Under the pieces are notes generated by a model. It ran no database searches. It was not told where the DNA came from and saw only the letters and a list, made by a program, of their open reading frames with translations. From positions 21,781,395-21,845,394 of the forward strand of contig NC_068998.1 in the NCBI RefSeq assembly GCF_001194135.2: a stretch of 64,000 nt of DNA, given 5' to 3'. The position numbers and the translations under genes are program-made. This stretch comes from Octopus bimaculoides (Eukaryota). Of this stretch, positions 40,841 through 53,316 are shown piece after piece (position 1 is the stretch's first letter; each line of letters begins with the position of its first letter).

Positions 40841-41816
40841 TTTATAAAATCATTTTACCATTTTCTACCTTGACTTTTTTTCCATATATATATACTGCAT
40901 GAGATAAATTTACACCCTGTTACAAATGGGAGAGATAAAAGTAAGAACTATTTTAATATTATAGGTATAAAATAGCGGCTCATTGGATACGTAAAAATGT
41001 ATATCGAATTTTGTTTAAAAGACCGTTTATCACTTTTGTATGCCGTCAAAACTACTTTTGTATAAATACAAAATGACTTTCATAACGTTATCAAATGTTA
41101 ATGTGCTTTTCTACTCGTTTCAGTAAATTTCAGAGATGTATTATATATATAAAAAAAATAATAACAAAACATGAAATATTATATAGGAATTATAATAGTA
41201 TTTCTGCTTTAGTTTTAGTAAATCTTTTACGGTTCCAGCATCAAGCATTCCTGTAAATCTATTTGCATTCACTTCAAAATTCTATTAATTTTTTATTACC
41301 AGGAAGTGCATTTGAATTTACAAGTGTATGAAACAAGCGAAGCAACTCTAAATAGCCATTCAATACACAACCGTACATAAATATATCATACATAATGTTA
41401 TACATACGTACATACATAAACATTAAGACATATTTGTTTGTGCATTTGTGTTTGTTTGCATGTGTACATTAAATAATAGAGATAAACAAGCTATATGACA
41501 TAAATGGTGAAATGTAACTTTTTTTCAATAGTAAAAATACATTAAGTATTTTTCGACTTAGTTTGTAATATTGCGTTTCTATATCCGTAGTGAGAGAAAG
41601 CAGTCAATATGATGAGTTGTATTTCAAAGACGTGAGTTGAAACGAGTACGAATATTTGATAAGAAGGAAACATGTAAAACAAGGATAAGTAATAGCGATG
41701 TTGAAAATGTTATTTCCATAAAAAATTGTCTTATAACCTAAATAACGAGCAAATGCACCAAGCGCTATGTATGCACATAATATAATATGATATAATATAA
41801 TATTTATATATATATA

Positions 41817-41930
41817 TTGGGTCATCCCACAAATGATGCGGTTTTCTCAAATGGATGGACTAAAAGTCGGGTGGGGACGGTATAATCTACCTGCATCAAC
41901 TCGCTATAAATTCAGTTATTAATTTTATCA
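41817..41930. mobile_element. Mariner terminal fragment
   Basis: TA followed by ttgggtcatcccacaaat resembles the TIR of the 37122-38393 mariner. Confidence 0.55.
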
Positions 41931-42239
41931 TACAGTTTTATACTTAAGACATGAGGAATTATGTACATTATTTACATTATTTACATTTGACGAATATTTG
42001 TCCTCATCTTGTTTGTTGTTAACACAACGTATCGGCTGACATACCCTGCAGCTTTCATCAGATGTCTTGGGGAAATTTCGAACCTGCGTTTTAATTCCTA
42101 AGATATTTTCGATGTTGTTGTTGTTGGTGTTGTTCTTCTTCTTATTATTATTCAGGTCACTGCCTGGAATCGAACTCGGAATCTTGGGGTTAGTAGCCCG
42201 TACTCTTAACCACTACGCCATATGCCCGTGGGCATATGG
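41931..42239 (-). mobile_element. tRNA-headed SINE-like element carrying a hammerhead ribozyme motif
   Basis: Minus strand, in order: 5' palindrome, box A TGGCGTAGTGG (42210-42220), box B GAGTTCGATTCC (42166-42177), (AAT/AAG/AAC)n linker (42113-42152), hammerhead motif (42021-42066), AT-rich tail. Confidence 0.75.
42021..42066 (-). ncRNA. Minimal type I hammerhead ribozyme, this copy mutated (GAAAC to GATAC)
   Basis: Minus strand: gacat CTGATGA a agctg cagggtatgt cagcc GATAC GTT gtgtt. Stem I is gacat/gtgtt with G-U pairs, stem II is gctg/cagc, and the loopless stem III implies dimeric folding. Confidence 0.6.
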
Positions 42240-42319
42240 TGTTTGAAAAGTAGATGAACTATAAAAAACTGCATTATTTATGAGATGACCGAATATATGT
42301 ATACATACATATATATATA

Positions 42320-43230
42320 TGTATATATCTCTTCTCTTAATCTTTTTTCCCCTTGTGGAGCAGAGGGCCTCAACAGTTATTTTCCACTTTTTGCATGTCA
42401 GGCTGGTGGTCCAGAGCTCATCCAAAATGCTCCGCTTCCATGTCTGTTTCGGGCGTCCTCGCTTCCTTCCCCCCTGCGAGTTCCAGTCAAGTGCTTGTCG
42501 TGTCACATTTAAGGGTTTTTTTCTGTAGTGTGTGTCCGATCCATCTCCATTTCCTTCGTCTTATCTGAACATGTATGGGCTCATGGTTGGCCCTTTCCCA
42601 CAGGCCGGTGTTTGGCACTCTGTCGGAACACTTTAGATGGAGATCTGCCGGAGACATCTGTTGATGAAGGTCTGGATCTTCTTGTAGTTGCTGCAGGTAG
42701 CTCTCCATGTTTCAGAGCCATACAAAATCACAGATTTTACGTTTGAACTAAATAAGCGGAGTTTAGTTCGAGTTGAGATGACAGTGGACTTCCATACCGG
42801 CCGAAAAATAGCGAAGGCTTGCCAAGCCTTCTTGCTTCTTGCAGTGATATCCTCGTCTGATCCACCTGATTTGCTGATCTTACTGGCAAAATAGAAAAAA
42901 AAAAAACTGCCAAGATAGACAATCTGCCAAGATAGACAAACATCCTCCACAGGTGCCCCCCTCAGTTGGCATTGGCCCTTCCTGCTTGTTGTTGATATTC
43001 AGCACTTTTGTCTTTTCCTTGCTGATCCTCAAGCCCACTCGCCGTGAAGTTTCTCTCAGGTGGCCTACCTTATCTTGCATGTCTTGCAGGCGATGTGACA
43101 GTAGCGCTAGATGATCGGCGTAGTCCAAGTCCTCCAGCTTGTTCATCAGTGTCCACTGAATACCTTTCCGGGAGGTAGCCTAGTCCGTCCTGGTGGCCCA
43201 GTCCAGCACGACGAGGATAAAAATCAAACA
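42320..43230 (-). mobile_element. RTE-clade LINE, 5'-truncated 3' fragment (RT C-terminal half)
   Basis: GIQWTLMNKLEDLDYADHLALL (YADD), KLRLFSSNVKSVILYGSETW, IRRRKWRWIGHTL and QALDWNSQGGRKRGRPKQTWKR are typical RTE motifs; frameshifted. Confidence 0.9.
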
Positions 43231-43264
43231 ACCAGTTAAAATCATGGTCTTTTCAGTGATCACC

Positions 43265-43442
43265 AGTGATGGCGTCTGGTGGCCGTATTTTAAGCCAATG
43301 GCATTTTTAATGAATAAATTTACTACTTAGCATTTCAAGATATGTTGATGTAATTTTCGTAAATATATCTGTTAAAATGAGACGCCAATATTATTTTCAT
43401 TTTTGCGTAATTTAGACGAGTGTTTATTCACTGCATCCCACA
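43265..43442 (+). mobile_element. 3' terminal fragment of the same maT-like family as 22975-23856
   Basis: ttagcatttcaagatat...gttaaaatgaga...attattttcatttttg.gtaatttaga is shared with 23740-23850. Confidence 0.7.
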
Positions 43443-43444
43443 CT

Positions 43445-43986
43445 GTTAAACATAGAGGATAATCTGTGATGATATGGGGGGGGGGGCTATATCTTGGAAA
43501 TCCGCCGGTCCAATTGTTTCCCTTCAGGGCAGAACTTATAGTCAAGCGATTTAAGCATTTTATCGGATCAAATTCAACCTGTGATTGCGTAACTGTTTCT
43601 GGGGTGAAACGCAATCTTTCAGGATGAAAATGCACCAATTTCCACAGCCAAAGTTGTTACTGAATGGCAAGAGGAACATTGTAGTGAAGCTGAACATCTT
43701 CTCAGGCCACCACTGTCCCTAGATCTCAATATTATTGAATATTTATGGTGCATTTTAGATAAAAAAAAAGTAAGGGATGGATATCCTCCACCATCATCAT
43801 TACATGAACGGTAGACTATTTTTGCTGAAGAAGGGACAAACATTCATTTTCAAACAATTGAAACCTTGTACGAGTCCATAGCCCATAGAATTTCAGCTGT
43901 AAATACTGCCAAAGGTGGACCTATCTCATTTCAAAATAAATTTGTTTGAAATTTTAAGGTGTTTCCATTATTTTGTCCAACCGCTG
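43445..43986 (+). mobile_element. Tc1-like (DD34E-type) transposon 3' half with right TIR
   Basis: SVMIWG, IFQDENAPI, LDLNIIEYLW and RISAVNTAKGGP; ends ggtgtttccattattttgtccaaccgctg followed by TA. Confidence 0.85.
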
Positions 43987-43999
43987 TATATGTACAATC

Positions 44000-44019
<20 letters not shown>

Positions 44020-44042
<23 letters not shown>

Positions 44043-44575
44043 NNNNNNNNNNNNNNNNNNNNNNNNNNNNNNNNNNNNNNNNNNNNNNNNNNNNNNNNNN
44101 NNNNNNNNNNNNNNNNNNNNNNNNNNNNNNNNNNNNNNNNNNNNNNNNNNNNNNNNNNNNNNNNNNNNNNNNNNNNNNNNNNNNNNNNNNNNNNNNNNNN
44201 NNNNNNNNNNNNNNNNNNNNNNNNNNNNNNNNNNNNNNNNNNNNNNNNNNNNNNNNNNNNNNNNNNNNNNNNNNNNNNNNNNNNNNNNNNNNNNNNNNNN
44301 NNNNNNNNNNNNNNNNNNNNNNNNNNNNNNNNNNNNNNNNNNNNNNNNNNNNNNNNNNNNNNNNNNNNNNNNNNNNNNNNNNNNNNNNNNNNNNNNNNNN
44401 NNNNNNNNNNNNNNNNNNNNNNNNNNNNNNNNNNNNNNNNNNNNNNNNNNNNNNNNNNNNNNNNNNNNNNNNNNNNNNNNNNNNNNNNNNNNNNNNNNNN
44501 NNNNNNNNNNNNNNNNNNNNNNNNNNNNNNNNNNNNNNNNNNNNNNNNNNNNNNNNNNNNNNNNNNNNNNNNNNN

Positions 44576-44625
<50 letters not shown>
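44020..44625. repeat. (TA)n, assembly gap 44043-44575, (CA)n
   Basis: Direct reading. Confidence 0.95.
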
Positions 44626-45629
44626 TGTAACTAGTGGATGTCTTCCAATTACGTTTACGCGTATTTTTGTGGTGAATATTCAGTAAAACCTGCCTGAAAA
44701 ACTAGTGTCGAAACATGTTTCCTATTCATATAGCAGTGTTGTTAGAGCGTACATTGGTAATGTTATTATTAATACTTCAACATCTATTTTGAACCCTCAC
44801 AGTAGCAAGCAATCCTCATGTAAAAAAAATCATTGAAAGGTAATATTTATCGGTGGCAGAGGAACGTCGAGTGACTAATTCTAGTTTTATCATCCGAATA
44901 CAAGCAGAAAATGAAAATTCCCAACTTAAGTTCTCTTGCCTTTTATTCCGATGTATATATCATTAAAAAGTTATAACCATGGATAAAGCAAATGTGTAGG
45001 GCCGACACTGAGCGTATTTATATCTCTTAGGAATTATCTATTATAAATCGATTTAGTTTTCATAAAAATATTGGAAATCAATAGGTTATTATACTTCCTC
45101 TATGAACGTTAGCAGATACAAATTTCATGCAACATCTCCGGAATTCTTAATTTAATAAATCTCTGAAAGTTATCACAAACATGGGTCGTTAAATTGCGGG
45201 GGCGAATACATTTATTTCCTTATCATGTTTATCATCAAAAAACGGATTTCAGTTACACCGAGAGACATACCAACCGACACAAGCAAGTATGCTCTCGCAC
45301 ACACAAACACAAAGACACACGTACACACACACGCACGTACGCACACACACGCACGTACGCACACACGCTTATGTATATATAAATATACAAAATATATATA
45401 TACATGCATTCACACATACACACACACCCTCACACATATATAACTATTTATAGATGTAAAATGCACAGACACACACACACACAAACACATATATATATAT
45501 ACATACATATGTATACATATATACATACATATATACACATACATACACATATATATATATATATGTGTGTGCGTGTGCGTGTGCATAGATATGCATACAT
45601 GCACACACATACACAAGGACACATATACA

Positions 45630-46430
45630 CAGTAGGAGGGCTGAACATTTCATAGGCTGAATATGATAGAGTGATGCAAGAGCTGTGAAGTCTTGCATGC
45701 ATTAACTTCGTCCGCTCTTATTAATAACTGCATGGTTTTTTTTTTCAAGAAAACTAATATCTGACTTCAAAGTAGACTTTTAAAGAAACTAGTTGAGAAT
45801 AATCTACAGAATAAACTTGGCATTACGAAGGTTTCTGCTCGGTGGTTGCTACGTCTTTTGATATCTGATCAAAGGTGCACCAAGCTGATTACATCATCGG
45901 CAAATCTGACATCGTCTGAGGCAGATCCAGCTGGATGAGTGTTCGGTTCATGATTTTGAGTCAGAGACTTAAAGTGAATCCATATAGTGGAATCACTTCT
46001 TACCTGATCCAAAGAAGTCCAATGGGAAGTTGATGATCGCAGGGAAGTTGATGGTCTCATTGCAATGTATTTATAGACTATATTCAAAAGACTACACCAT
46101 CAATAGACAGCACTTTGCCAAAATGCTGAGGGTGTTATGAAAGACTATCAAACAAAGCGCGCAGAAAACTGATGATAGGTGTCTCCTTTCATGAGGACAA
46201 TGATCCAGCACACTACCCCTTATTTTCAATGACTTCTGTTCTTGAATGTGGCTTTGAACTTCATGAACTGTTTCCCCATTCTCCTGATTTGGAACCTCCT
46301 TGTGATTATCATCTGTTCCTCAACATGAAATAAAAACATTGGCGCACCAATGGAAGAAGAGTTTAGACCGCAAGAAAGTTCTGTTGAAAAATAAACCTCA
46401 TTTAATCACATTCCAGGAGAGTATGTTGGG
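45630..46430 (+). mobile_element. Degenerate mariner remnant with left TIR
   Basis: TIR-like gggctgaacatttcataggctga; LGITKVSARWLLRLL (WVPRLL-type) and HSPDLEPPCDYHLFLNMK (YSPDLAPSDYHLF). Confidence 0.7.
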
Positions 46431-46434
46431 CAAT

Positions 46435-47065
46435 CTATGAGGATCGGCTGAAAGGTTCTTAGACTAACCTAGTATTTCTCATAGAATGTGACATAATAAA
46501 ATTTTATTTCTAAGCATAATCCCATTGCAGTCCATATAATTCTTCCACGGGTGTTGCAGAGCTTTTCAGATACTATTGGTGAAAAGACTTTCCTCCTGTT
46601 GGGAAAAAGAAAGACAGTGATTAACAGAAAAGATGACGTCATCATCTCTGCAATACTGGTTCCCAGCCAAATGATAGGCACAACGCTTATCCCTGATTTA
46701 GGAAACGTTCTAAGTAACCATCTGGCCTCAAACAATTTCTAATTTTCCCATGATTTCATCAGTTCGGTAAGCTTTTCATCAGGTGTCAGCAAAAGTGGCT
46801 TCCACAGGCAGGCATGCACATTCGTCATGTCAAGTTCATAGTGCGAAATATCCTCAACTCCCTCAAAGGATATAACACCACAAGTTCAAATTTGGTCCAT
46901 TTTGAAGAGGAGCGAGAACTATTTACCTGAAATCTTATTTGAGCTTCAGATATCCGTTTGCCTTGAATGAGTCAATGCAGTTGTTAATAAGAAGAACTGA
47001 AATTAATGCATGCAAAACTTCAGAGCTGTAGCTTCACTCCTTCATAGTCTGCCTATGACTATTTA
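46435..47065 (-). mobile_element. Internally deleted mariner of a related family, opposite orientation
   Basis: TIR-like ends tatgaggatcggctgaaaggttcttagact and agtctgcctatgactatttag. Its 5' flank is the reverse complement of the 45650-45780 region (gcatgcattaa...cttattaa.aactgcat). Confidence 0.6.
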
Positions 47066-47074
47066 GGTGGGGGT

Positions 47075-47392
47075 GCAAACTTGGCTGTGAGGTAAGAAGC
47101 TCGCTTACCAGCCACATAGCTCCGTGTTCAGTCCCACTGCGTGGCACCCTGGGCAATTATCTTTTAGTAAAGCCTCGCGCCGGCCAAATCCGTATGAGTA
47201 GAGTTGATAGACGGACATTGAAAGAAGACTGTCCTATATATATTTATATATCTAGATGTTTGTGTGTCTGTGATTGGCCACCAACCAGTGCTTGACAACC
47301 CATATTGAAATGTTTACGTCCCTGTACATTACCGGCTCGGCAAAAACATACAAATAGAATAAATACTAGGCTTACAAAAGAATAAATCCTGG
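47075..47392 (+). mobile_element. Family A SINE, 3'-truncated
   Basis: ttggctgtgaggtaagaagctcgctt...gttcagtcccactgcgtggcaccctgggc...ggcttacaaaagaataaatcctgg. Confidence 0.8.
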
Positions 47393-47985
47393 TTCACAGA
47401 ATGTAAGATATAACATTAAACATCAGAATAAAAATGTCTGTGTGTAAATGTGATTTATAACAAGAATTCTGTATTTGACATATACTTGATTTTACATGAT
47501 TGATATATGTACTAATTCATATTTATAATGTATGATTTATAAATTTTAATTCTTAATATTAAAAGTATAATATTTTTTCTTAATTTTTAATTCTTCATTT
47601 TTAATCTTTAATGATTAATTGCATTGCTTATTTTTAAAGGGATGTAAAATTAGATATATAATATTTTGAAATAGAAGATGTGGTGGAATAATTGTAAATC
47701 TGATGATTGCATATATGTATTTATATGTGTATATATATATAGGTATACAGTTGTGTATATGTATATATATTGTAAATCTTGCAATACTGAAACACGTGTA
47801 GTTCCTTCATATTTTATAAATATATGTATTAACTAAAGTAAGATATAATTAAGGAAGTATATTACATAGCCTGCTGGTAATTTTGGTTATATCCTTTAAG
47901 TATTATTTCGTGATGTGCAAACTGATACCATGTGTTTACTTTCAGGTGTACACACACACACACAGACACACACACACACACACAT

Positions 47986-48018
<33 letters not shown>

Positions 48019-48030
48019 TATATATGTATA

Positions 48031-48232
48031 TTTTCTTTTATTTGTTTCAGTCATTTGACTGCGGCCATACTGGAGCACAGGCTTTCGTCGAACAAATCAA
48101 CTACAAGACATATTCTTGGTAAGTCTAGTACTTATTTTATCTGGCTCTTTTACCGAACTGCTAAGTTACGGGGACGTATACACACTAACATCGGTTGTCA
48201 AGCGATGGTGAGGGACAAACACACACACAGAT
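48031..48232 (-). mobile_element. Family A SINE 3' half, flanked by microsatellites
   Basis: tttgtttcagtcatttgactgcggccatactggagcac...ccgaactgctaagttacggggacgt...catcggttgtcaagcgatg. Confidence 0.85.
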
Positions 48233-48238
48233 ATATAT

Positions 48239-48288
<50 letters not shown>

Positions 48289-49125
48289 GCATATATATAA
48301 GTATGCATGTTTGTATATATATATATATGTGTGTGTGTATGTGTGTATGCGCGTGTGAGTATGTGAATGTGAGTGTATGTATCTCACTTTATCAATTTCA
48401 CATAATCACTAATACAAACTGACAATATATTCGTGTGTGAATCTGTGTGAAGAATTGTGGTAGCGGTATGTAGATGTATGATATCAAAGTGTAAAAATGA
48501 GAGGTGCTGATAAAATATTTAGAAGTGTCTAGAAATGTTATTCATCTGAAAAATGTGCATAGCTTTTGGATGTAATCATTATAGCGGGAAGAAAAAAAAT
48601 CCGTTTGTTATAATGTATATAATTAGAAAATAGATTGTATTTAGGCAAGATTTAATGATTTTTTTCTCAATGTCTATGTTTTAACTGTACACATTTTTGG
48701 AACATTGTTTCAACAAAACAATAATTTTCTTTGTTAAGAAATCATAAAATCTTTTTTACAATTTCCAAAAGTCTGAATGGATATCATTTAGTAACTATAT
48801 CTTATATTGCTTTTAAAAGCAGTTCTTTCTGTTTTTTCAGAAATATATTGGATAGAAGTGCGATAATATTCTATTCCAAAATATATGATGGTGTTCAGTT
48901 ATCCTTCAAATCTTCATATTTCTGCTAAAAACTACTGAAAAACATTTATTTCATTTTTATTTTCGAATGTCGCCTCTGATTTAACCAATCCGCCAATAAG
49001 ATCTACTATTTCAAGTATGAGTTAGTGAGAACGAGCCTGAGCCTACCTAATCGCATGAGCTAAAAGAAACTGCAAACGCATTTTCTTCAAGAACATATTG
49101 AATGAGGGCGGGGAACATAATAGGC

Positions 49126-49535
49126 GTAGGTGTGGCTGAGCTGTAAGAATCTTGCTTCCCATCCACATGGTTTCGTATCCCGTCCTCCCTTGGGCAAGTG
49201 ACTTCTACTATAGTCTCGGGCTGACAAAGCCTTGTGTATGAATTTCGTAGAGAGAATCTAGAAGAAGCCCATCGTGCATATATATGTGTGTGTGTGTATG
49301 TGTGTGTGTGTGTATGTGTGTGTGTGTGTGGGTGTGTGTGTGTGTGTGTATGTATGTGCGTGTGTGTTTGTGTGTGTTTGTGTGTGTGCGTGTGCCTTTG
49401 TTTGCCCCCACTACCGCCTGACAACAAGTATTGTTTTGTCTACGTAGTGCGGTTGATTCATTCGACTACAAATTGGTCAAGGGTGTACTCCAGGATGGCC
49501 GCTGTTTAATACCCGAAACAAGTAGAAGATAAAAG
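49126..49535 (+). mobile_element. Family A SINE with expanded internal (TG)n
   Basis: Head gtaggtgtggctgagctgtaagaatcttgcttccc; about 110 bp of (TG)n; 3' end ccaggatggccgctgtttaatacccgaaacaagtagaag. Confidence 0.8.
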
Positions 49536-50689
49536 ATAACATTCCAGAAACCAGGACCAGAGGAGACTTGTGCAAATACAAATTTTGATACTCAAACAAT
49601 CCTTTCTTAGTTTCCGAGAAATCTTGCGTACGATGTAACTCACAAGATTTCTGGAGCTAATATCTGAAAAAAAAAAAGAAACTATGAGAGTGCCTGATGC
49701 ACAGTTTGAGAAATGTCCACTTACACATAGTCAAACAACGCCAGGAAATAACAGAATCTAGAGTGATATATTTTTAAATCCTTGTTATCACTGTTAATCA
49801 CCCCATTTCTTGAAATGACAAATATATTAAAACCTTTAATATCAGTTAACATATTATTCGGGAACCTTCCTTTATAAAAATATCATGGTTTCATCAATAA
49901 CATCTATTACATTTTCTCCAACGACAGCAAGATATAGCTATTCCACTCTCCACTATCTGTTTGCACAAACAATATTCAGTATCAAACAGACTCTCTGTCT
50001 GCCAAGGATATGTAATGAACAATAACAGGTCTATTAGAATTTATATTTTCCCGAAAAATATAATTCAGATATCCATTCAGTTCTATCTGGACCGATTCTT
50101 CATACTTCATACTTCCAGCGGAATTGTTTCATGCATAGACAAAAGGAAACTCACACCCTACTATCATTAACGAGGCATATCTTGTGCATTCCGACAATGC
50201 ACGAATATAATAAACGTGATTCTACACCACACACTTATTTAAACGATATCCTGGCAGATCCTGGTAGACAAAGAAGACTTAGATCTAATACATCGTAGAA
50301 ACAAAAAATAAACCTAGCTCCAATACTTCTCTTCATTAGCTTAGTAGTACATTTGTTAATGTCGTCCGAAAATTGATGACTTAAATTCAGGTAGATCGAG
50401 GCTGCAGCGCCGATGAACCTAGATTTGATTGATCAAATTTAAGTAAAAGATATATATATATTGTACGCCAGCCTTATATAGTCATCTAAGTAATTTGCAA
50501 CAATCCACAATAAATTAGAAAATACGCCAGATGTGCACAAGTTACTGCGAAACATCCTCATAACTTTCGCACATATAAACAACACTTTTAATAATGGAAA
50601 ACGCTTTGAACATGTAAAATGCATAGTTTTTTTTGCAGAAACAAGCTTAACGTCTCACAGTTTCTGCCACTAAATCAAAAAATCTACAT

Positions 50690-51010
50690 TTAAATAGACA
50701 CATATATAATATCCAAGAAGATTACACCTATTGAAATATATTAAACAACACTATCTATCAAAGAAAACAAACACTATATTTAGACTACCAGTAATTCTCC
50801 ATCCCACTGTACCATGCAAAGCTTTTGCTATGACAACTACTAACCTCTACGGGCAAACAAAAACAGACTGGGTTTTAACAAGTCAGCAATATAAGCAGAT
50901 GACAAACTCTACACTAAAACCAGCATCACGACGTTTAGAATTGTGTAGTATACCATTAAGCTTTGGAAATGATTTTACTCCACCGCTTTCTTGCGTGCAT
51001 AGAACTCGTT
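50690..51010 (+). mobile_element. Possible very old RTE-like LINE C-terminal remnant
   Basis: LNNTIYQRKQTLYL...SIPLYHAK loosely resembles the RTE KL.LY...V.SILLY block; many stops. Confidence 0.2.
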
Positions 51011-51306
51011 GATTAGAGCTCAGAGGTGGAAACACTAGAGTAGAATGTTTTGAAGGACATTAAATTAATTCTGCAAAATTAATTAAAATTTCGTTTCTTG
51101 TGACTACTGTACAGTCAATATATGAGTGAGAAAAATAAAGGCAGTATACCCATTCAAGAAATTTTTTAAGGGAGATCTCCTTCAATTCAACGATTTGGAT
51201 TTTTAAGGAAACTATTCTCTCATTTTAATAGTGTTTTTATGTTTCTTTCTTGAGTGCTCTGGAGCATATACATGTATGTGTGTACGTATGTGTATATGTG
51301 TATAAA

Positions 51307-51342
<36 letters not shown>

Positions 51343-52544
51343 GAAGGTTTGAAAATGCACTTATTTTTAAAAATATTTATTTACTTAACCGGTTTCACTT
51401 TTTTAGAAAAAGATTATCAAAAGTCTTTGAGAATAATAAAAAATGTTAAAAAACAGTTTGAGTATTAAAATGCATATATACATTCTTTGATGATAAAATC
51501 TATTTAAAGTATAAAGCTTTGTATGAACTTTGTAGTGTTACATACTGATTGTCACACATTCTCTGATATTATGGTGAAATCGTTAAAAACAGTGTATGAA
51601 TGTACACATATGGAAAAATACATATACATATTCTTATACATATTCTTTGATAATCGAATAAAGTTGAGGAGGAACTGACCTGGCTTTTTACACAAGAGAA
51701 AAAAGCCGTGTATTTGTTTGGCCTTTTCGAAATAGCTGAAAATCTCACTAACTCTTAACTTGAATATTAGAACAGGGTACACAAAATATCTTAAAGAGTG
51801 GTAACAAAATATCTTGATCAGGTTTCAGTGCTAACGATCATCTATGCTGAGAACTAGAAATTGAAATTGACTTCGAAGTTACAAAGAATAACAATAACAG
51901 CAGCAGCAGCAGCATCACCACCACAACCACCACAACACCACCCTCACCTTTTCTTTACGTAAATATTATTGCCAACTGATCGGCTGGATTTATTAATAAA
52001 GCATAGCATACTGATGAATTTAGTGGACCAAAATATAGCCATAGTTTTTGTTTAAGCTTATATATTCATTTCAAGAGGTAAATATTTTTTAATTAAATTA
52101 TTTACTCCTCTTTGGGAATTGCTAAGAATTGTCTCTACAATTTTCGTTCTAAAGTTAAACTAATGATGCCAGTTAATTTACGATTTATTTTTCCATATAG
52201 GATACGGTGCCTCTCCTCATATATTAAACATCCGCGTTCATGCATTCAGCTGAAATTGGCTCCTATTAATTTGTTAAAAAATAAATAGAGTAATACTTTA
52301 TAATGTTCTGGTTGTTTTCCATAGTTTCTATATTATCTTGTATGTTTGGAATATGGCAAATGAAAATAGCTGAAACTTAATGATAGTTACTTGTTAAAAG
52401 TTATTTGAAAAATTACCACACTTAAAACTCTTCACTAATAATTTTCCTTGTTTAATATAATTTTACAATGTACGGGCAATTTTGGAAAACGTTAAAGTCA
52501 AAAGACAACTTGAAATATTGCTTCCAATGGCAATTCATTCGTAG

Positions 52545-53316
52545 CACTGTGGTGAGCAGTTTGCTTTCCACCCATATAGCTCTGGTTCCAGTCGTTCTGC
52601 GTAGCAAGTTGGGAAAATATCTCCTCCTATAACCCCGGGCCGATTAAAGAGTTGTGAGTGTATTTGATAGACGTCAACGGAAAGAGTCCCGTTATAAATG
52701 TGTATGTATCTATGTGCGTGTGTTTGTGCCTATGTCGTCCCCTATCAAACGGTGCTGGTGATTACGTACCTGTAACGGAGCAGTTCGGCGAAGTTATAGC
52801 TAGAATTGTTGGCACTCCGTCGCTTACGACGTCAGTGATTACAGTTGATCCGATCAACGGAACAGCCTGCTCGTGAAATTAACGTGCAAGTGGCTGAGCA
52901 CTCCACAGACACGTGTACCCTTAATGTAGTTCGCGGGGATATTCATCGTGACACAGAGTGTGACAAGGCTGACCCTTTGAATTACAGGCACAACAGAAAC
53001 AGGAAGTAAGAGTGAGAGAAAGTTGTGGTGGAAGATTACAGCAGGGTTCGCCACAATCCCCTACCGGAGCCTCGTGGAGCTTTTAGGTGTTTTCGCTCAA
53101 TAAACACTCACAACGCCCGGTCTGGGAATCGAAACCGCGATCCTATGACCGCGAGTCCGCTGCCTTAACCGCTGGGCCATTGCGCCCCCACTATAGCTAG
53201 AATATATACCAGACTTAAGCAAGAATACTGGGGTCGATTTGTTCGAATAAAATTCTTCAAAGGCATTGTTGCAGCATGACTGCAGTCTAATGACGCAAAC
53301 AAGCAGAAGATAAAAG
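52545..53316 (+). mobile_element. Old family A SINE split by a nested family B SINE
   Basis: 5' part at 52545-52806; 3' part at 53192-53316 (gaatactggggtcgatttgttcga...gcagcatgactgcagtctaatgac). Confidence 0.75.
52807..53191 (-). mobile_element. Family B SINE, full length, with 12-bp TSD TATAGCTAGAAT
   Basis: TSD at 52795-52806 and 53192-53203; reverse complement of the 16786 copy. Confidence 0.9.

Noticed and set aside
44685-44725. Hammerhead-like fragments here and near 5320, 12715 and 57330
   Set aside because: The core or stem I is missing; too degenerate to distinguish from chance in AT-rich DNA.
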